A stretch of 64,000 bases of DNA from an uncultured Pseudomonadales bacterium (GTDB taxonomy: Bacteria; Patescibacteriota; Microgenomatia; UBA1400; MFAQ01): NCBI GenBank assembly GCA_964429015.1, contig CAYSAM010000003.1, forward strand, positions 6,378-70,377. Reading direction: 5' to 3'. Numbering within the stretch: the first letter of the stretch is position 1; each line of letters opens with the position of its first letter. The position numbers and the translations under genes are program-made. Below the pieces are notes generated by a model, which did no database searches, was not told the origin of the DNA, and saw only the letters and a list, made by a program, of their open reading frames with translations. This document shows, piece after piece, positions 46,249-56,298 of this stretch.

Positions 46249-47748
46249 ATGAGTCCAACTCTCAAAACGCTTACCACCACCTTAAGGGGTAAAAATCTCA
46301 AGTACAATTTTAAAAAAATTAACAAAGCATATTTCTTTGCCAAAAAACTTCACGCAGGTCAAATACGTCAAACGGGGGAATCCCTTATAAAACATCCCTT
46401 ATCAGTTGCAATCACTTTGGCAGAATGGGGGTTAGATCAGCAAAGTATTGAGAGTTGTTTATTACACGAAGTTCCCGAAGCAATACCCAAAAACTACCGT
46501 CAAGTTATCGAAAAAAAGTTTGGGAAAGATATCCTGCGTCTGGTAGAAGGTGTTCATCGAGTTGGTCAAGTTAAGTTGATGGGGTCTGAGAATCAAAGTT
46601 TTCTCGAAAACTTAAGAAAAATGTTTGTAGCTATGGCCAGTGACGTCCGAGTTGTTCTTATTCGTCTCGCCGATAGATTGCACAACGTCAAAACTCTGGA
46701 TGCTGTACCTCTTTCCAAACAAAAACGCATAGCAATTGAAACATTAGAAATTTATGCCCCTCTTGCGGAAAGGCTAGGTATGGGTCAGTTAAAGGGAGAG
46801 CTAGAAGACCTCGTCTTTCCCTATATATATCCAAACGAATACAAGTGGTTAATGGAGATAGCCAAGCCACATTTTAAGTTTTCCTCGGACAATATTAAAA
46901 GTTCCATTGTCAAAATTCGTCAGCTTTTAGCCAAAAATGGTGTTATCGCACACACTGATGGGCGCCCAAAACGTAAATACAGTCTTTACAAAAAACTTCT
47001 TCGTCCCGAAATAAATAAAGACATCAATCAAATTCACGATCTTATGGCCCTTCGCATTATTACCAAAGACTCTAGTGCTTGCTATACAGTTTTGGGACTT
47101 ATGCATCAATACTGGAAGCCTGTTCCATATCTTGGCATCTCAGATTTTATTGCTCAGCCCAAACCAAATGGTTATCAATCGATTCACACCAAAGTTTTTG
47201 ATCACAAAGGAAATATTCTGGAAATTCAAATTCGTTCAGAACAAATGCATTTGCAAGCAGAACTTGGTGCAGCAGCGCACTTTGCCTATTCAGCGGCCAA
47301 AAATGCAGGTGTTGCGGATGAAAAACTTGAGTCAGGTAAGGGTTTTGTTCTAGATGAAAAAATGTCTTGGGTACAAGAACTTGCAAATTGGAAAAAGCAA
47401 ATAGAGTCGGTACACGAGCAAGAGTCAGATCTAAAACTAGATGCTCTTTCTAAGCATATTTTTGTCTTTTCACCCAAAGGTGATGTATACGATCTTCCTG
47501 AAAACTCCACTCCTGTTGACTATGCTTTTGCTGTACACACAAACCTAGGTTTTTACATTTCCTCAGTCAAGGTCAATGGTCGTATTAGTAGTGTCGACCA
47601 AGCTCTAAAAAGCGGAGATGTCATCGAAATTCTCAAATCTCGTGTCAGAAAACCTGTTAATAAAAACTGGTTGAGGTTTGTAAAAACTCACCGCGCCAAA
47701 GAAAAGCTTCGTCACCAAACTCAGTACGAAAGCAATCTCTATAAATAA
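46249..47748 (+). CDS. RelA/SpoT homolog (HD-SYNTH-TGS)
   Basis: LADRLHN, YAPLAERLG, KPNGYQSIHT, EIQIRS, TGS motif TPVDYAFAVH. Confidence 0.93.
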   Translation: MSPTLKTLTTTLRGKNLKYNFKKINKAYFFAKKLHAGQIRQTGESLIKHPLSVAITLAEWGLDQQSIESCLLHEVPEAIPKNYRQVIEKKFGKDILRLVEGVHRVGQVKLMGSENQSFLENLRKMFVAMASDVRVVLIRLADRLHNVKTLDAVPLSKQKRIAIETLEIYAPLAERLGMGQLKGELEDLVFPYIYPNEYKWLMEIAKPHFKFSSDNIKSSIVKIRQLLAKNGVIAHTDGRPKRKYSLYKKLLRPEINKDINQIHDLMALRIITKDSSACYTVLGLMHQYWKPVPYLGISDFIAQPKPNGYQSIHTKVFDHKGNILEIQIRSEQMHLQAELGAAAHFAYSAAKNAGVADEKLESGKGFVLDEKMSWVQELANWKKQIESVHEQESDLKLDALSKHIFVFSPKGDVYDLPENSTPVDYAFAVHTNLGFYISSVKVNGRISSVDQALKSGDVIEILKSRVRKPVNKNWLRFVKTHRAKEKLRHQTQYESNLYK

Positions 47749-47776
47749 ATACATCTTTGTAATATAAAATTAAACT

Positions 47777-48652
47777 GTGAAAAAAGCTTTACTTCTTATC
47801 CCTCTATCTTTTTTTATTGTCTTTTTACCGGTTTTGGGTAAGGTTTCCAATCCAAGAGAGCCAGTTGTAAAAGCTTACTATACTTCAGAGGCACCCCTAC
47901 CACAAAAGAAAAAAGACTCAACACCAATTACTGTTACAGCCTTAGGTGTTTTTATCATGGATTTAAACTCTGGTGTTGTTCTATACGACAAGTCTCCAAA
48001 CAAAAGGCTCAAGCCAGCCTCACTTACAAAAATTATGACTTCTTTGGTTGCCTTGGATTATTACAAAGAGGACTCAGTTCTCAAAGTTATCAACGGACAA
48101 AAGTCACTTGGGAATACCATAGATCTTGTCAGAGGAGATCAAATTATGTCTCAAGATTTAATTTACGGCCTTTTAGTGTCATCCGGAAACGATGCTGCGG
48201 TAACTTATGCCGAAAACTATCCTGGTGGTTATACTGCTTTTGTCAAAAGAATGAACACCAAAACTGCCGAAATGGGACTTGAGAATACTCACTTTAGTAA
48301 CGTTTCTGGGGTAGAGTCTCCAGACCATTACACCAGCGCTTTCGATATCGCCATTATTGCAAGAGAGGCATTGAACCGATCAGTTTTTGAACAGGTTGTG
48401 TCTACCAAAAAAATTACTCTCAAAAGTCTAAAGGGTAATTCCTATCCTCTTACTAACACTAATATCTTATTAAATAAGCCTGGTTTTTATGGAGTCAAAA
48501 CCGGCTGGACACCAGAAGCTGGTGAGTGTCTGGTTATCTTGGCCGAAAGAAACTCACACCCTGTTTTAATTTCGTTACTTCACAGCGCGGACCGTTTTGG
48601 CGAAGGTGAAAAATTGGCTAACTGGGTATTTCAAAACTACACCTGGGAATAA
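47777..48652 (+). CDS. D-alanyl-D-alanine carboxypeptidase (peptidase S11)
   Basis: PASLTKIMT (SxxK), SGNDAA (SxN), KTG. Confidence 0.93.
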   Translation: MKKALLLIPLSFFIVFLPVLGKVSNPREPVVKAYYTSEAPLPQKKKDSTPITVTALGVFIMDLNSGVVLYDKSPNKRLKPASLTKIMTSLVALDYYKEDSVLKVINGQKSLGNTIDLVRGDQIMSQDLIYGLLVSSGNDAAVTYAENYPGGYTAFVKRMNTKTAEMGLENTHFSNVSGVESPDHYTSAFDIAIIAREALNRSVFEQVVSTKKITLKSLKGNSYPLTNTNILLNKPGFYGVKTGWTPEAGECLVILAERNSHPVLISLLHSADRFGEGEKLANWVFQNYTWE

Positions 48653-48683
48653 AAAAGAACCTCTCGCGAGGTTCTTTGTTCTA

Positions 48684-49337
48684 TTATGGAGTTATTTGTA
48701 ACTCTTGTTCTTTGGTGAGTTTGACCCAATTGTCCCCCAATACCCTTGCATAATACCCTCTTTCAAGCACCTTAGTGCCATAGGCGTAGGTTAGTTCCAC
48801 CACACCATCCGATGGAACATATAAATATACAAAAATGCTTTCCTGGGTCGCGTCTTTGCATCCCAGGTGTGCCGTATCGGTTGACAATCCAACCAGTGTT
48901 GCCCCCATCTCCTCTCTTTCTGCCGCCGGCGAAACAACAGTTAGAAAGCTGCCAATAATGTCCAGCTGAATTGTCCCTACCACTCTTACACCATATCCAT
49001 ATCCATCCTCATACCACGCGGCGATACTATCCGCGGTATAGCTAGTGTGGCATTTGCCACTCGTGCTCGGGTATCCTGCGTTCAATCTGATGACTTCATC
49101 AATAGGAAGCACCCTGCTTGGCATGCTTTGAACCAGAACGGGATCAATCGTTGGTGTAGCTGGTAATAGAGTAGGTGGTAACAGTGTGACCGTGGTCAAG
49201 CTTGGGTCACTTTCGGGTACCGGTGTCTGGACAATATAAACAGCCTCTGGCTGTTCACTTGGCTGCTCACTCAAATTGGGACCACAAGCAGCAAGGAAAA
49301 CCAGCAACAAGCTTACAAAAAACACATTCTTATTCAT
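48684..49337 (-). CDS. Hypothetical lipoprotein
   Basis: Lipobox LAAC; Pro/Thr linker; SD GGAGGT. Confidence 0.75.
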   Translation of the reverse strand: MNKNVFFVSLLLVFLAACGPNLSEQPSEQPEAVYIVQTPVPESDPSLTTVTLLPPTLLPATPTIDPVLVQSMPSRVLPIDEVIRLNAGYPSTSGKCHTSYTADSIAAWYEDGYGYGVRVVGTIQLDIIGSFLTVVSPAAEREEMGATLVGLSTDTAHLGCKDATQESIFVYLYVPSDGVVELTYAYGTKVLERGYYARVLGDNWVKLTKEQELQITP

Positions 49338-49402
49338 CTTACCTCCGACTATCTTTTAGGGTGCCGCCGAAGCGGTGTGTGTACTGGTTACATATTATAC
49401 AC

Positions 49403-50488
49403 CTATTTTCCATCTAGCCACTCATCCCTCACGGCCGAAACATAAGCAGCAAACCCCTGATCTCCCAAGAAGATATATATTGGCATAGCGTACTTTTGGT
49501 TAACATTAGAGTCGTAGTATCCCAAAAAGATCTTCCTTATTTTTACCTCGCCATTCTGTGGTCCTGTGGGAGCCACAAAGCCACCACCAGCCGCCAATTC
49601 ACTCCACGCTTCATCACCAGTTTTTATTGGATAGGTAGAGCTTTTATCATAGTTAATAAAAGTATATGCATAATCCATATCGATAACCTTTTCATTTGGT
49701 TGTTTAGATCCAGATACCACAACCCTAATTAGGCCTCTGCTGGGATCGGTTCTATAAAATGGATAACTAGCCTTGATTTCCTTCGTTTTTGACGTAGGAT
49801 CAATTTCGTCAATATTTTTTCTAAAATAATCAATTTGAACAAAGTCTGCATCAGACAAAGACAATGCGGATATTAGTTTGCCAGAATCATTTTTTACGTA
49901 ACTGATTTTTTCAAATCCTATTGCATCATCTTCTAATAGGCCGACCTTTTTTAAATAATTACTTGATTCAATTATCACTTGTTTGTCAGAAACAAAATTA
50001 GCCTGAGTGGCAATAGTGGGATTATTTTGCCACTGTTTGGTTAACAAAAAGTGTCCAGACACAATATTCATGTCCAATTTAGAACTCAGTTGATCCTGGT
50101 TTGTCCAAATGTATCTGGTTTCTGTTGGTTGTTCTGGTTTAAAAAGGAAACCCAACGCCGTAGCAGTGTCCAAAGCCTTATCGGGGTCAGCAAAACCACT
50201 TCTCTTGGTTGGTGCATAATACACTCTCATTCTATCTGGAAACTCAGGAATAATACCGGTGGGAAGCTCCAAAGATAGTTCTGGTCTAGTGGTATTTTTG
50301 GGAAAATTAACTGGCTGTAGTAGCCCAAAGTCTACAGATGCTGGTGGAAGAGCAGGTGGGTGAAGGTATATATAGTAATTTACAAGAGCTACCCCCATAT
50401 ACCACAGCAATGTAACTCCAACAAAACCAATACTTCCGTATTTAATTGCTTTTCGAGAAATGGCCGAAGCCTCAGTTAGTGTCGCCAT
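49403..50488 (-). CDS. Hypothetical membrane-anchored protein
   Basis: 361-aa ORF with N-terminal TM, divergent from gltX. Confidence 0.75.
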   Translation of the reverse strand: MATLTEASAISRKAIKYGSIGFVGVTLLWYMGVALVNYYIYLHPPALPPASVDFGLLQPVNFPKNTTRPELSLELPTGIIPEFPDRMRVYYAPTKRSGFADPDKALDTATALGFLFKPEQPTETRYIWTNQDQLSSKLDMNIVSGHFLLTKQWQNNPTIATQANFVSDKQVIIESSNYLKKVGLLEDDAIGFEKISYVKNDSGKLISALSLSDADFVQIDYFRKNIDEIDPTSKTKEIKASYPFYRTDPSRGLIRVVVSGSKQPNEKVIDMDYAYTFINYDKSSTYPIKTGDEAWSELAAGGGFVAPTGPQNGEVKIRKIFLGYYDSNVNQKYAMPIYIFLGDQGFAAYVSAVRDEWLDGK

Positions 50489-50513
50489 ATACTACATAAA
50501 GTATACTATCAGT

Positions 50514-51938
50514 ATGACAGATAAGCATATCAGAACCAGAAACGCGCCTTCGCCAACCGGCATTCCTCACATTGGAAACACACGAACAGCCCTTTTTGAT
50601 TATTTATTAGCCAAAAAATATGGTGGCGAATTTATTTTACGTATCGAAGACACCGATCAAGATCGTTTTGTAGAAGGGGCCATCGAAAAAATATATCAAA
50701 TACACGATCTTTTGGGTTTGGTAAGAGACGAAGATCCTGTTGTTGGTGGTAAATACGGACCATATATTCAAACTCAGCGCTTAGAACTTTACAAAAAATA
50801 CGCTCTCGAGCTTGTTAACACTGGCGCAGCTTACTACTGTTTTTGTTCGGAAGATCGTCTAAAAAAACTTCACGAAGACAATCCATATGCTAAATACGAT
50901 CGCCACTGTCGCAATCTAGACCAAAATGAAATAGATAAAAATCTTACCGAAGGAAAGTCTTACGTTATTAGAACCAAGCTACCAGAGTCTGGGTTTACAG
51001 TCTGGCACGATTTAGTTCAAGGGAAACTAAGTTTGCCAAACACAGAGTGTGACGACAAAGTTCTTCTCAAAAGCAGTGGTATCCCTACCTATCACTTGGC
51101 AGTTGTCGTCGATGACCATTTTATGAAAATCAGCCATGTACTTCGTGGTGTTGAGTGGATGATGTCTACACCAATACATGTATTTCTCTATGAGTCTTTC
51201 GGTTGGGAACCACCCCTTTTCTGTCATGTCCCTTTGCTCTTAGGTCCGGACAAAAGTAAATTGTCCAAGCGCCACGGAGCAAAATCTGTGCTGGAGTATC
51301 TTTCTGAAGGTTACTTGCCAGAGGCCATTAATAATTTTCTATTTTATTTGGGTTTTTCATATAAAGACAACTCTGATCTCTTAACTTTAGACGAAATGGT
51401 AAAAGTGTTCGACGAAACCAAATTGCAAAAACAAAATGCCATTTTTGATATTGAAAAACTAAGATACCTTAATTCTCAATGGATCAAAAAAATAGATATA
51501 GATACCATATTTATTAAACTAAAGCCATTTTTACCAGACAATTGGCAAGGACAAGATAAAAAAGTAAAACATGTCCTAGAGCTAGTAAGGGACCGTATGG
51601 TAACTTTGCCAGATTTTATTGATCTTAGTCGTTACTTCTTTGAAGATATAGATCTAGTTTTAGAGGAAGTTTTTAAGCAATCTACTCATCCAAAAACAGA
51701 CCTCCTAAATTGGTTTCAAGTAGTTATCAGTTTTTTAGCATCTCATCCTAATGCTAGTCTAGAAGAAATTCAAAACAATTTACAATCTTTACAAAAGGAA
51801 TCCGGACTAACTCCAAAAGAGGCTTTTATGTCACTAAGAGTAGCACTTTCTGGTCGCACTGTCACTCCACATATCTTTGACTGCATAATAGCTTTAGGGA
51901 TTGACGAATCAATAAACAGACTAAAAAAAGTTTTTTAA
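50514..51938 (+). CDS. gltX: Glutamate--tRNA ligase
   Basis: RTRNAPSPTG.PHIGN, RIEDTD, KLSKR; start ATG 50514. Confidence 0.96.
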   Translation: MTDKHIRTRNAPSPTGIPHIGNTRTALFDYLLAKKYGGEFILRIEDTDQDRFVEGAIEKIYQIHDLLGLVRDEDPVVGGKYGPYIQTQRLELYKKYALELVNTGAAYYCFCSEDRLKKLHEDNPYAKYDRHCRNLDQNEIDKNLTEGKSYVIRTKLPESGFTVWHDLVQGKLSLPNTECDDKVLLKSSGIPTYHLAVVVDDHFMKISHVLRGVEWMMSTPIHVFLYESFGWEPPLFCHVPLLLGPDKSKLSKRHGAKSVLEYLSEGYLPEAINNFLFYLGFSYKDNSDLLTLDEMVKVFDETKLQKQNAIFDIEKLRYLNSQWIKKIDIDTIFIKLKPFLPDNWQGQDKKVKHVLELVRDRMVTLPDFIDLSRYFFEDIDLVLEEVFKQSTHPKTDLLNWFQVVISFLASHPNASLEEIQNNLQSLQKESGLTPKEAFMSLRVALSGRTVTPHIFDCIIALGIDESINRLKKVF

Positions 51939-51942
51939 CTTA

Positions 51943-52818
51943 ATGCCAAATCTAAATCTGCCCAATGCTTTAGAAAATCTCGAAAAAAGATCTCTTTTAT
52001 TAAACAAAGAGGTAAAAAGGTTTAAAAAAGCCAAAAAATATTTTACCAAAACGCTTCTTTTAGCACATAATCTCCGGCAAAAATCAAATCAAATTTTGGC
52101 GTCTGTTGGCTTAATTGGTACTATCCTCACTACTCCTATTTTTGGGATTTCTGACATAAGCTCTACAAAAATAAAAACAGAAGATTCGCAAACTAAGCCA
52201 TCCAACAGACTACTTCTTCTTAACTACTTGCAAGAAAAAATTCCGCATAACCCTTATAAATTTTCCAAAGAAGAAATTGCCCCACTGGTAAACGAAATAA
52301 ACACCAAAACAAATATTAAAGTTGATGGCTATCTAGACGATCAATCACTAAATCATCATCTGGGCTACATCGGCTACGAACAACACTTAGTTCGTTTCCC
52401 TGGGGATAGCATAAGCCAGCACGACTCTTTTCAGGAAGCTGGCATGGCTCCAGGCAAAGGCGCTTTTGGCTATTTTGCCAAAGATGCGTCTCAGTTTACT
52501 ACCCAAGACTTTCTAAGAGAAAAATACTACTGCGTCGTCCAAACACTCTACTTAGAAAACTGGAACAGAGATCACCCCTTTCTCAAAGACTGGTACCAAT
52601 TCCGCAAAGTCTTGGTTATCAATCCCGTGAACGGTAACGCTGTCGTCTGCGATATTGGTGATGCGGGTCCTGCTGAGTGGACAGGTAAACAATTTGGTGG
52701 TTCTCCAGAGGTAATGCAAGAGTTAAACCTTCACAGGGGGCCAAGAAAGGGATTGGTTCTTATGTTATTTGTCGATGATCCTAACAATTTAGTTCCCTTA
52801 GGTCCTGTTAATTATTAA
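51943..52818 (+). CDS. Hypothetical protein (C-terminus possibly RlpA/DPBB-like)
   Basis: KVLVINP.NG.AVV..IGDAGP pattern. Confidence 0.6.
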   Translation: MPNLNLPNALENLEKRSLLLNKEVKRFKKAKKYFTKTLLLAHNLRQKSNQILASVGLIGTILTTPIFGISDISSTKIKTEDSQTKPSNRLLLLNYLQEKIPHNPYKFSKEEIAPLVNEINTKTNIKVDGYLDDQSLNHHLGYIGYEQHLVRFPGDSISQHDSFQEAGMAPGKGAFGYFAKDASQFTTQDFLREKYYCVVQTLYLENWNRDHPFLKDWYQFRKVLVINPVNGNAVVCDIGDAGPAEWTGKQFGGSPEVMQELNLHRGPRKGLVLMLFVDDPNNLVPLGPVNY

Positions 52819-52823
52819 AAAAT

Positions 52824-53144
52824 ATGTCCATACTTTTTTACGACCATCTTTTCTCCAAACAGCAGATTCAAGAAATTATTGATCAGGTCGAAGAATCTGA
52901 AAACCTCAAATCTCGAATGCATCAACTTGTTGATGATATTGTTTATCAGGGCTTAGTTGCTATGATTCTTGGAAAATTAAAAGAAAGTAAACATGAAGTT
53001 TTTTTGGAAATGCTGCACGATAGGCCATATGACACCGAAATAATTCTCTTTCTGAGAGAACATACCCACGACCAAATAGAAGATGATATTAGGCAGGAAG
53101 CCGAAAAACTACTTGGTACTATTCTCAAAGATATGCTACCCTAA
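52824..53144 (+). CDS. Hypothetical protein
   Basis: 106-aa ORF in an operon-like arrangement. Confidence 0.65.
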   Translation: MSILFYDHLFSKQQIQEIIDQVEESENLKSRMHQLVDDIVYQGLVAMILGKLKESKHEVFLEMLHDRPYDTEIILFLREHTHDQIEDDIRQEAEKLLGTILKDMLP

Positions 53145-53149
53145 TTGTT

Positions 53150-53683
53150 ATGGAAACAGAAAAATGCCCCAAATGTGGCGCACCCTTAGGAGATGTTCAA
53201 GAAACAGCAACTGGACGCAAGTTGCAACGTTGTTCGGCAGGTTCTTGGAATAAAGAAACCAAAAAAAACGAAGGTTGTGACTATGTTAAGTGGTTACAAG
53301 TAGAACCCCAAACCTTAGACGAAAAATGCCCCAAATGTGGCGCACCACTAGTGCTTCAAGTAACTCGTTTTGGTAAAAAAATGAAAAAATGTAGTGCTGG
53401 CGGATGGGACAAAGAAGCCAAAAAGGCTACTGGTTGTGATTTTGTGGAGTGGGTAAATGGCACCACCGAAAAGTTAGACGAAAAATGCCCTCAATGCGGC
53501 GAGGAACTCGTTCTTTATACTACCGCTAACGGCAAAAGAATGAAAAAGTGTTCCACTTCTGGTTGGGATAGAGAAGCCAAACGTGCCACCGGTTGTCCTT
53601 ATGTTGAGTGGCTCAAGGCGGAATATAAAGCAGCTCCAGCTAACGGCGAAGAATTTTTGCCCCCCGAAGAAGACATCTTCTAA
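53150..53683 (+). CDS. Stand-alone topoisomerase-type C4 zinc-ribbon repeat protein (3 repeats)
   Basis: 3x EKCPxCG..L...GK....CS..W......GC.yV.W. Confidence 0.85.
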   Translation: METEKCPKCGAPLGDVQETATGRKLQRCSAGSWNKETKKNEGCDYVKWLQVEPQTLDEKCPKCGAPLVLQVTRFGKKMKKCSAGGWDKEAKKATGCDFVEWVNGTTEKLDEKCPQCGEELVLYTTANGKRMKKCSTSGWDREAKRATGCPYVEWLKAEYKAAPANGEEFLPPEEDIF

Positions 53684-53703
53684 ACTTACGTCACAAAAAT
53701 GAT

Positions 53704-53734
53704 CTGTCATGCCGGACTTGATCCGGCATCCAGT
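53704..53734 (+). repeat. GTCATGCCGG...CCGGCATCC palindromic repeat
   Basis: ctgtcatgccggacttgatccggcatccagt. Confidence 0.8.
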
Positions 53735-53756
53735 TACAAATAAAAACGTTTTATCT

Positions 53757-54251
53757 ATGAAAAAAAAGAAGCATAGTCAAATTGATAAAATTTCTACCTG
53801 GCTCACCGAGTCTATAGGTACAAATACCTCTCTAGTCGTGCACACAATCCTATTTGTAGGGATTTTTTCACTGTCTTTATTTGGATTAACTATCGACAAA
53901 ATACTGCTCATTCTTACTACGGCCGTTTCCTTGGAGGCCATCTATCTAGCCATCTTTATCCAAATGACGGTTAACAAAACCACCGAGAGCTTGGCTAGTG
54001 TAGAAGAAAACATCGACGAAATCCAAGAGGACGTAGACGACATTCAGGAAGACGTCGAAGACATCCAAGAGGACGTAGACGACATTCAGGAGGATGTAGA
54101 CCATCTAGAAACAAACATCAAAGATATTTCTGAGGACTACATCGACGACGAGGTAGAGGAGAGTGATACCGTCAAAATCCTAAGCAATATTGAGTCACAA
54201 CTTAATTTACTCAAAGAGGAAATTGCCGAACTAAAAAAGAAAGCAAGTTAG
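53757..54251 (+). CDS. DUF1003-like membrane protein with acidic heptad repeats
   Basis: LTTAVSLEAIYLAIFIQM; (IQEDVDD)n from 21-bp tandem repeats at ~54011-54100; upstream ATG 53709 lies inside a palindrome. Confidence 0.7.
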   Translation: MKKKKHSQIDKISTWLTESIGTNTSLVVHTILFVGIFSLSLFGLTIDKILLILTTAVSLEAIYLAIFIQMTVNKTTESLASVEENIDEIQEDVDDIQEDVEDIQEDVDDIQEDVDHLETNIKDISEDYIDDEVEESDTVKILSNIESQLNLLKEEIAELKKKAS

Positions 54252-54349
54252 TTTTATATAACCCATAGTAATTTTTTACCCAGAATTGACATTACATGTA
54301 CCTATAGGATAGAATTAGCTCACTTTGAACCTTTAAAAAGGAGTTTATT

Positions 54350-55423
54350 TTGAAAAAAAATATTGCTTTTGTTGTTTTAACTTTATTTTGTGTAATTATT
54401 TTGAGTTCTTGCGGTTTCAAAGAAAAAACCGCTCTAAAAATTATTTCACCCACCGAAGGTGTGCGCCTCACAGGGGAAACACCGGCTACAAATGTCACAG
54501 CACTCATAGAAACAAACAGGACAGACATTTCTACTATTCCTGTGAAGGTTTTTATAAATGATACTGTCCAAGGTGACCAAATTTTAAACATAAACACCGA
54601 AACAACATTTCAAATTCCTTTGGTAAATACGGGTGTTTATCACTTACGTCTAGAGGTTGATCAATCAGATGGTAAAAAAATTACTGCCGAAACAAAGTTT
54701 GTTTGGATACCAGTTAGAGGTTTCGACGTTGCCGCACTGTCAATTGCTCAGATGGTAAACAGAGAGGATCCTACTACAGGATACTTTATCATTGGTGCTT
54801 TTGTACTTTTAGTTATGATCATCTTGGCACTAATAAAAAGTAAGCAAGGTGGTATGCCCACAGTAATTATTAGTATTTCGTCTTTTATAACACTTATTAT
54901 TCTCTTGACGGCTGGAGTTGATCCTGTTCTTGCTTACAGATACTTTAATACTGTAATTGGTACTGTGATGGGACTAGGGTTAGTTTCAATTTTTGCATAT
55001 GTAATTTCCAATTTTGCAAACAAAAACTATGCCTATCGCGGATCTAATACCGTTGTTGTAAGTGCCAAAGCTTGGTGGCCAACAGGCGAGCCTCTTGCCA
55101 ATATTGAGATGACTGCAAATGAGGGTAGTTATTTTGGAAATGCAAACAGCATCCCTCAAACTCAAATTACCGCCATTGCTAGTACTTTATTTGTGTTACC
55201 AAAAATTATTGAACAAGCCGCCAGACTTATGGAGGAGTGTCCAAACCCAGCAGCAAGATCTCAGGTTATAGATGCACTCTACACAGGTCAAGATAATAGT
55301 GACATGCACTACTTTACAGACCAAATGGCAGCTGGATATATGCTCCCAGACGGGACTCGCCCAAACAACTCTATCGTCACAATCCAAGGATCTAAATCTT
55401 CAAAAAAAACAAATTGGAGGTAA
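54350..55423 (+). CDS. Hypothetical lipoprotein/membrane protein (Ig-like domain plus 3 TM)
   Basis: TTG after SD AAGGAG; lipobox LSSC; promoter TTGACA-18-TAGAAT (54286-54315). Confidence 0.7.
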   Translation: MKKNIAFVVLTLFCVIILSSCGFKEKTALKIISPTEGVRLTGETPATNVTALIETNRTDISTIPVKVFINDTVQGDQILNINTETTFQIPLVNTGVYHLRLEVDQSDGKKITAETKFVWIPVRGFDVAALSIAQMVNREDPTTGYFIIGAFVLLVMIILALIKSKQGGMPTVIISISSFITLIILLTAGVDPVLAYRYFNTVIGTVMGLGLVSIFAYVISNFANKNYAYRGSNTVVVSAKAWWPTGEPLANIEMTANEGSYFGNANSIPQTQITAIASTLFVLPKIIEQAARLMEECPNPAARSQVIDALYTGQDNSDMHYFTDQMAAGYMLPDGTRPNNSIVTIQGSKSSKKTNWR

Positions 55424-55424
55424 T

Positions 55425-56282
55425 ATGCCGAATATAGTGACAGATACAAAAGATCTTTATAGACAGCTTTTTCCTTATCAGTTAGCAACTGATTTCATCG
55501 GCGACGCTCACAGGGCACTTAGTTTTGTCACCGCTCCAACACACCAAGGCGAAGAACTTTATCAAGTGTTAAAAACTCTTAAAAAGCGCCTCGAATATGT
55601 TATTGAATTTGCATACAGTCCCAGACGAAGACCATATGAAGATGCAATAGAAAATGCTCAAGAAGAAATTGAAATTCTTGCTCGTGCAATCCATCACTAC
55701 GATTTAGCCTTTAAGGGTTATCCAAATGCTCTAAATCTAGACTTTTTAAGTTGGCAAAAGAACAGTTTAGGTTTTCCAGCATTTATGGTTATGGATATGT
55801 CAGTTGGGCCAAAGTTCAGCATTGTTGCTAAAGTCGATAAAACAAAACGCCCACCAACCACCACGCTCACTATCACTCCCAAACTCCCTGTGGAGGTGAC
55901 TGCTCCATACAACGCATTTAAAAACCTATTTGTCTCAAAGGCGGAATCAAATAGCATATCAACTTGCACCATTGCAGCCAAATTTGGTGGCAGTCCACCA
56001 AAATCTACAGATAAAAAAATCGATACGGCTGATAACTCAAAATTATTCAAACAGTTTATTATCATTGCCGAAGCACCAAACTGGGAGTTTGATGTTATTG
56101 TAGAGGTCAAAAAAGACCCTATTGTTGCTGCTCTATCTCCCGTATTTCATCCGGTAAAAAAAGATGACTATGGAAACCCGGTATCTATTGGGAATCACAT
56201 CACTTTTATTGATATTTTTAACCTCACCCACATCGAAGAACGAGCTCTTCAGTCATCACTGATTAGTCCGGGTAGCAAATAG
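55425..56282 (+). CDS. Hypothetical protein
   Basis: ATG 55425 after SD GGAGGT, immediately after the previous stop. Confidence 0.7.
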   Translation: MPNIVTDTKDLYRQLFPYQLATDFIGDAHRALSFVTAPTHQGEELYQVLKTLKKRLEYVIEFAYSPRRRPYEDAIENAQEEIEILARAIHHYDLAFKGYPNALNLDFLSWQKNSLGFPAFMVMDMSVGPKFSIVAKVDKTKRPPTTTLTITPKLPVEVTAPYNAFKNLFVSKAESNSISTCTIAAKFGGSPPKSTDKKIDTADNSKLFKQFIIIAEAPNWEFDVIVEVKKDPIVAALSPVFHPVKKDDYGNPVSIGNHITFIDIFNLTHIEERALQSSLISPGSK

Positions 56283-56298
56283 TCTCCCACAAGCCCAC

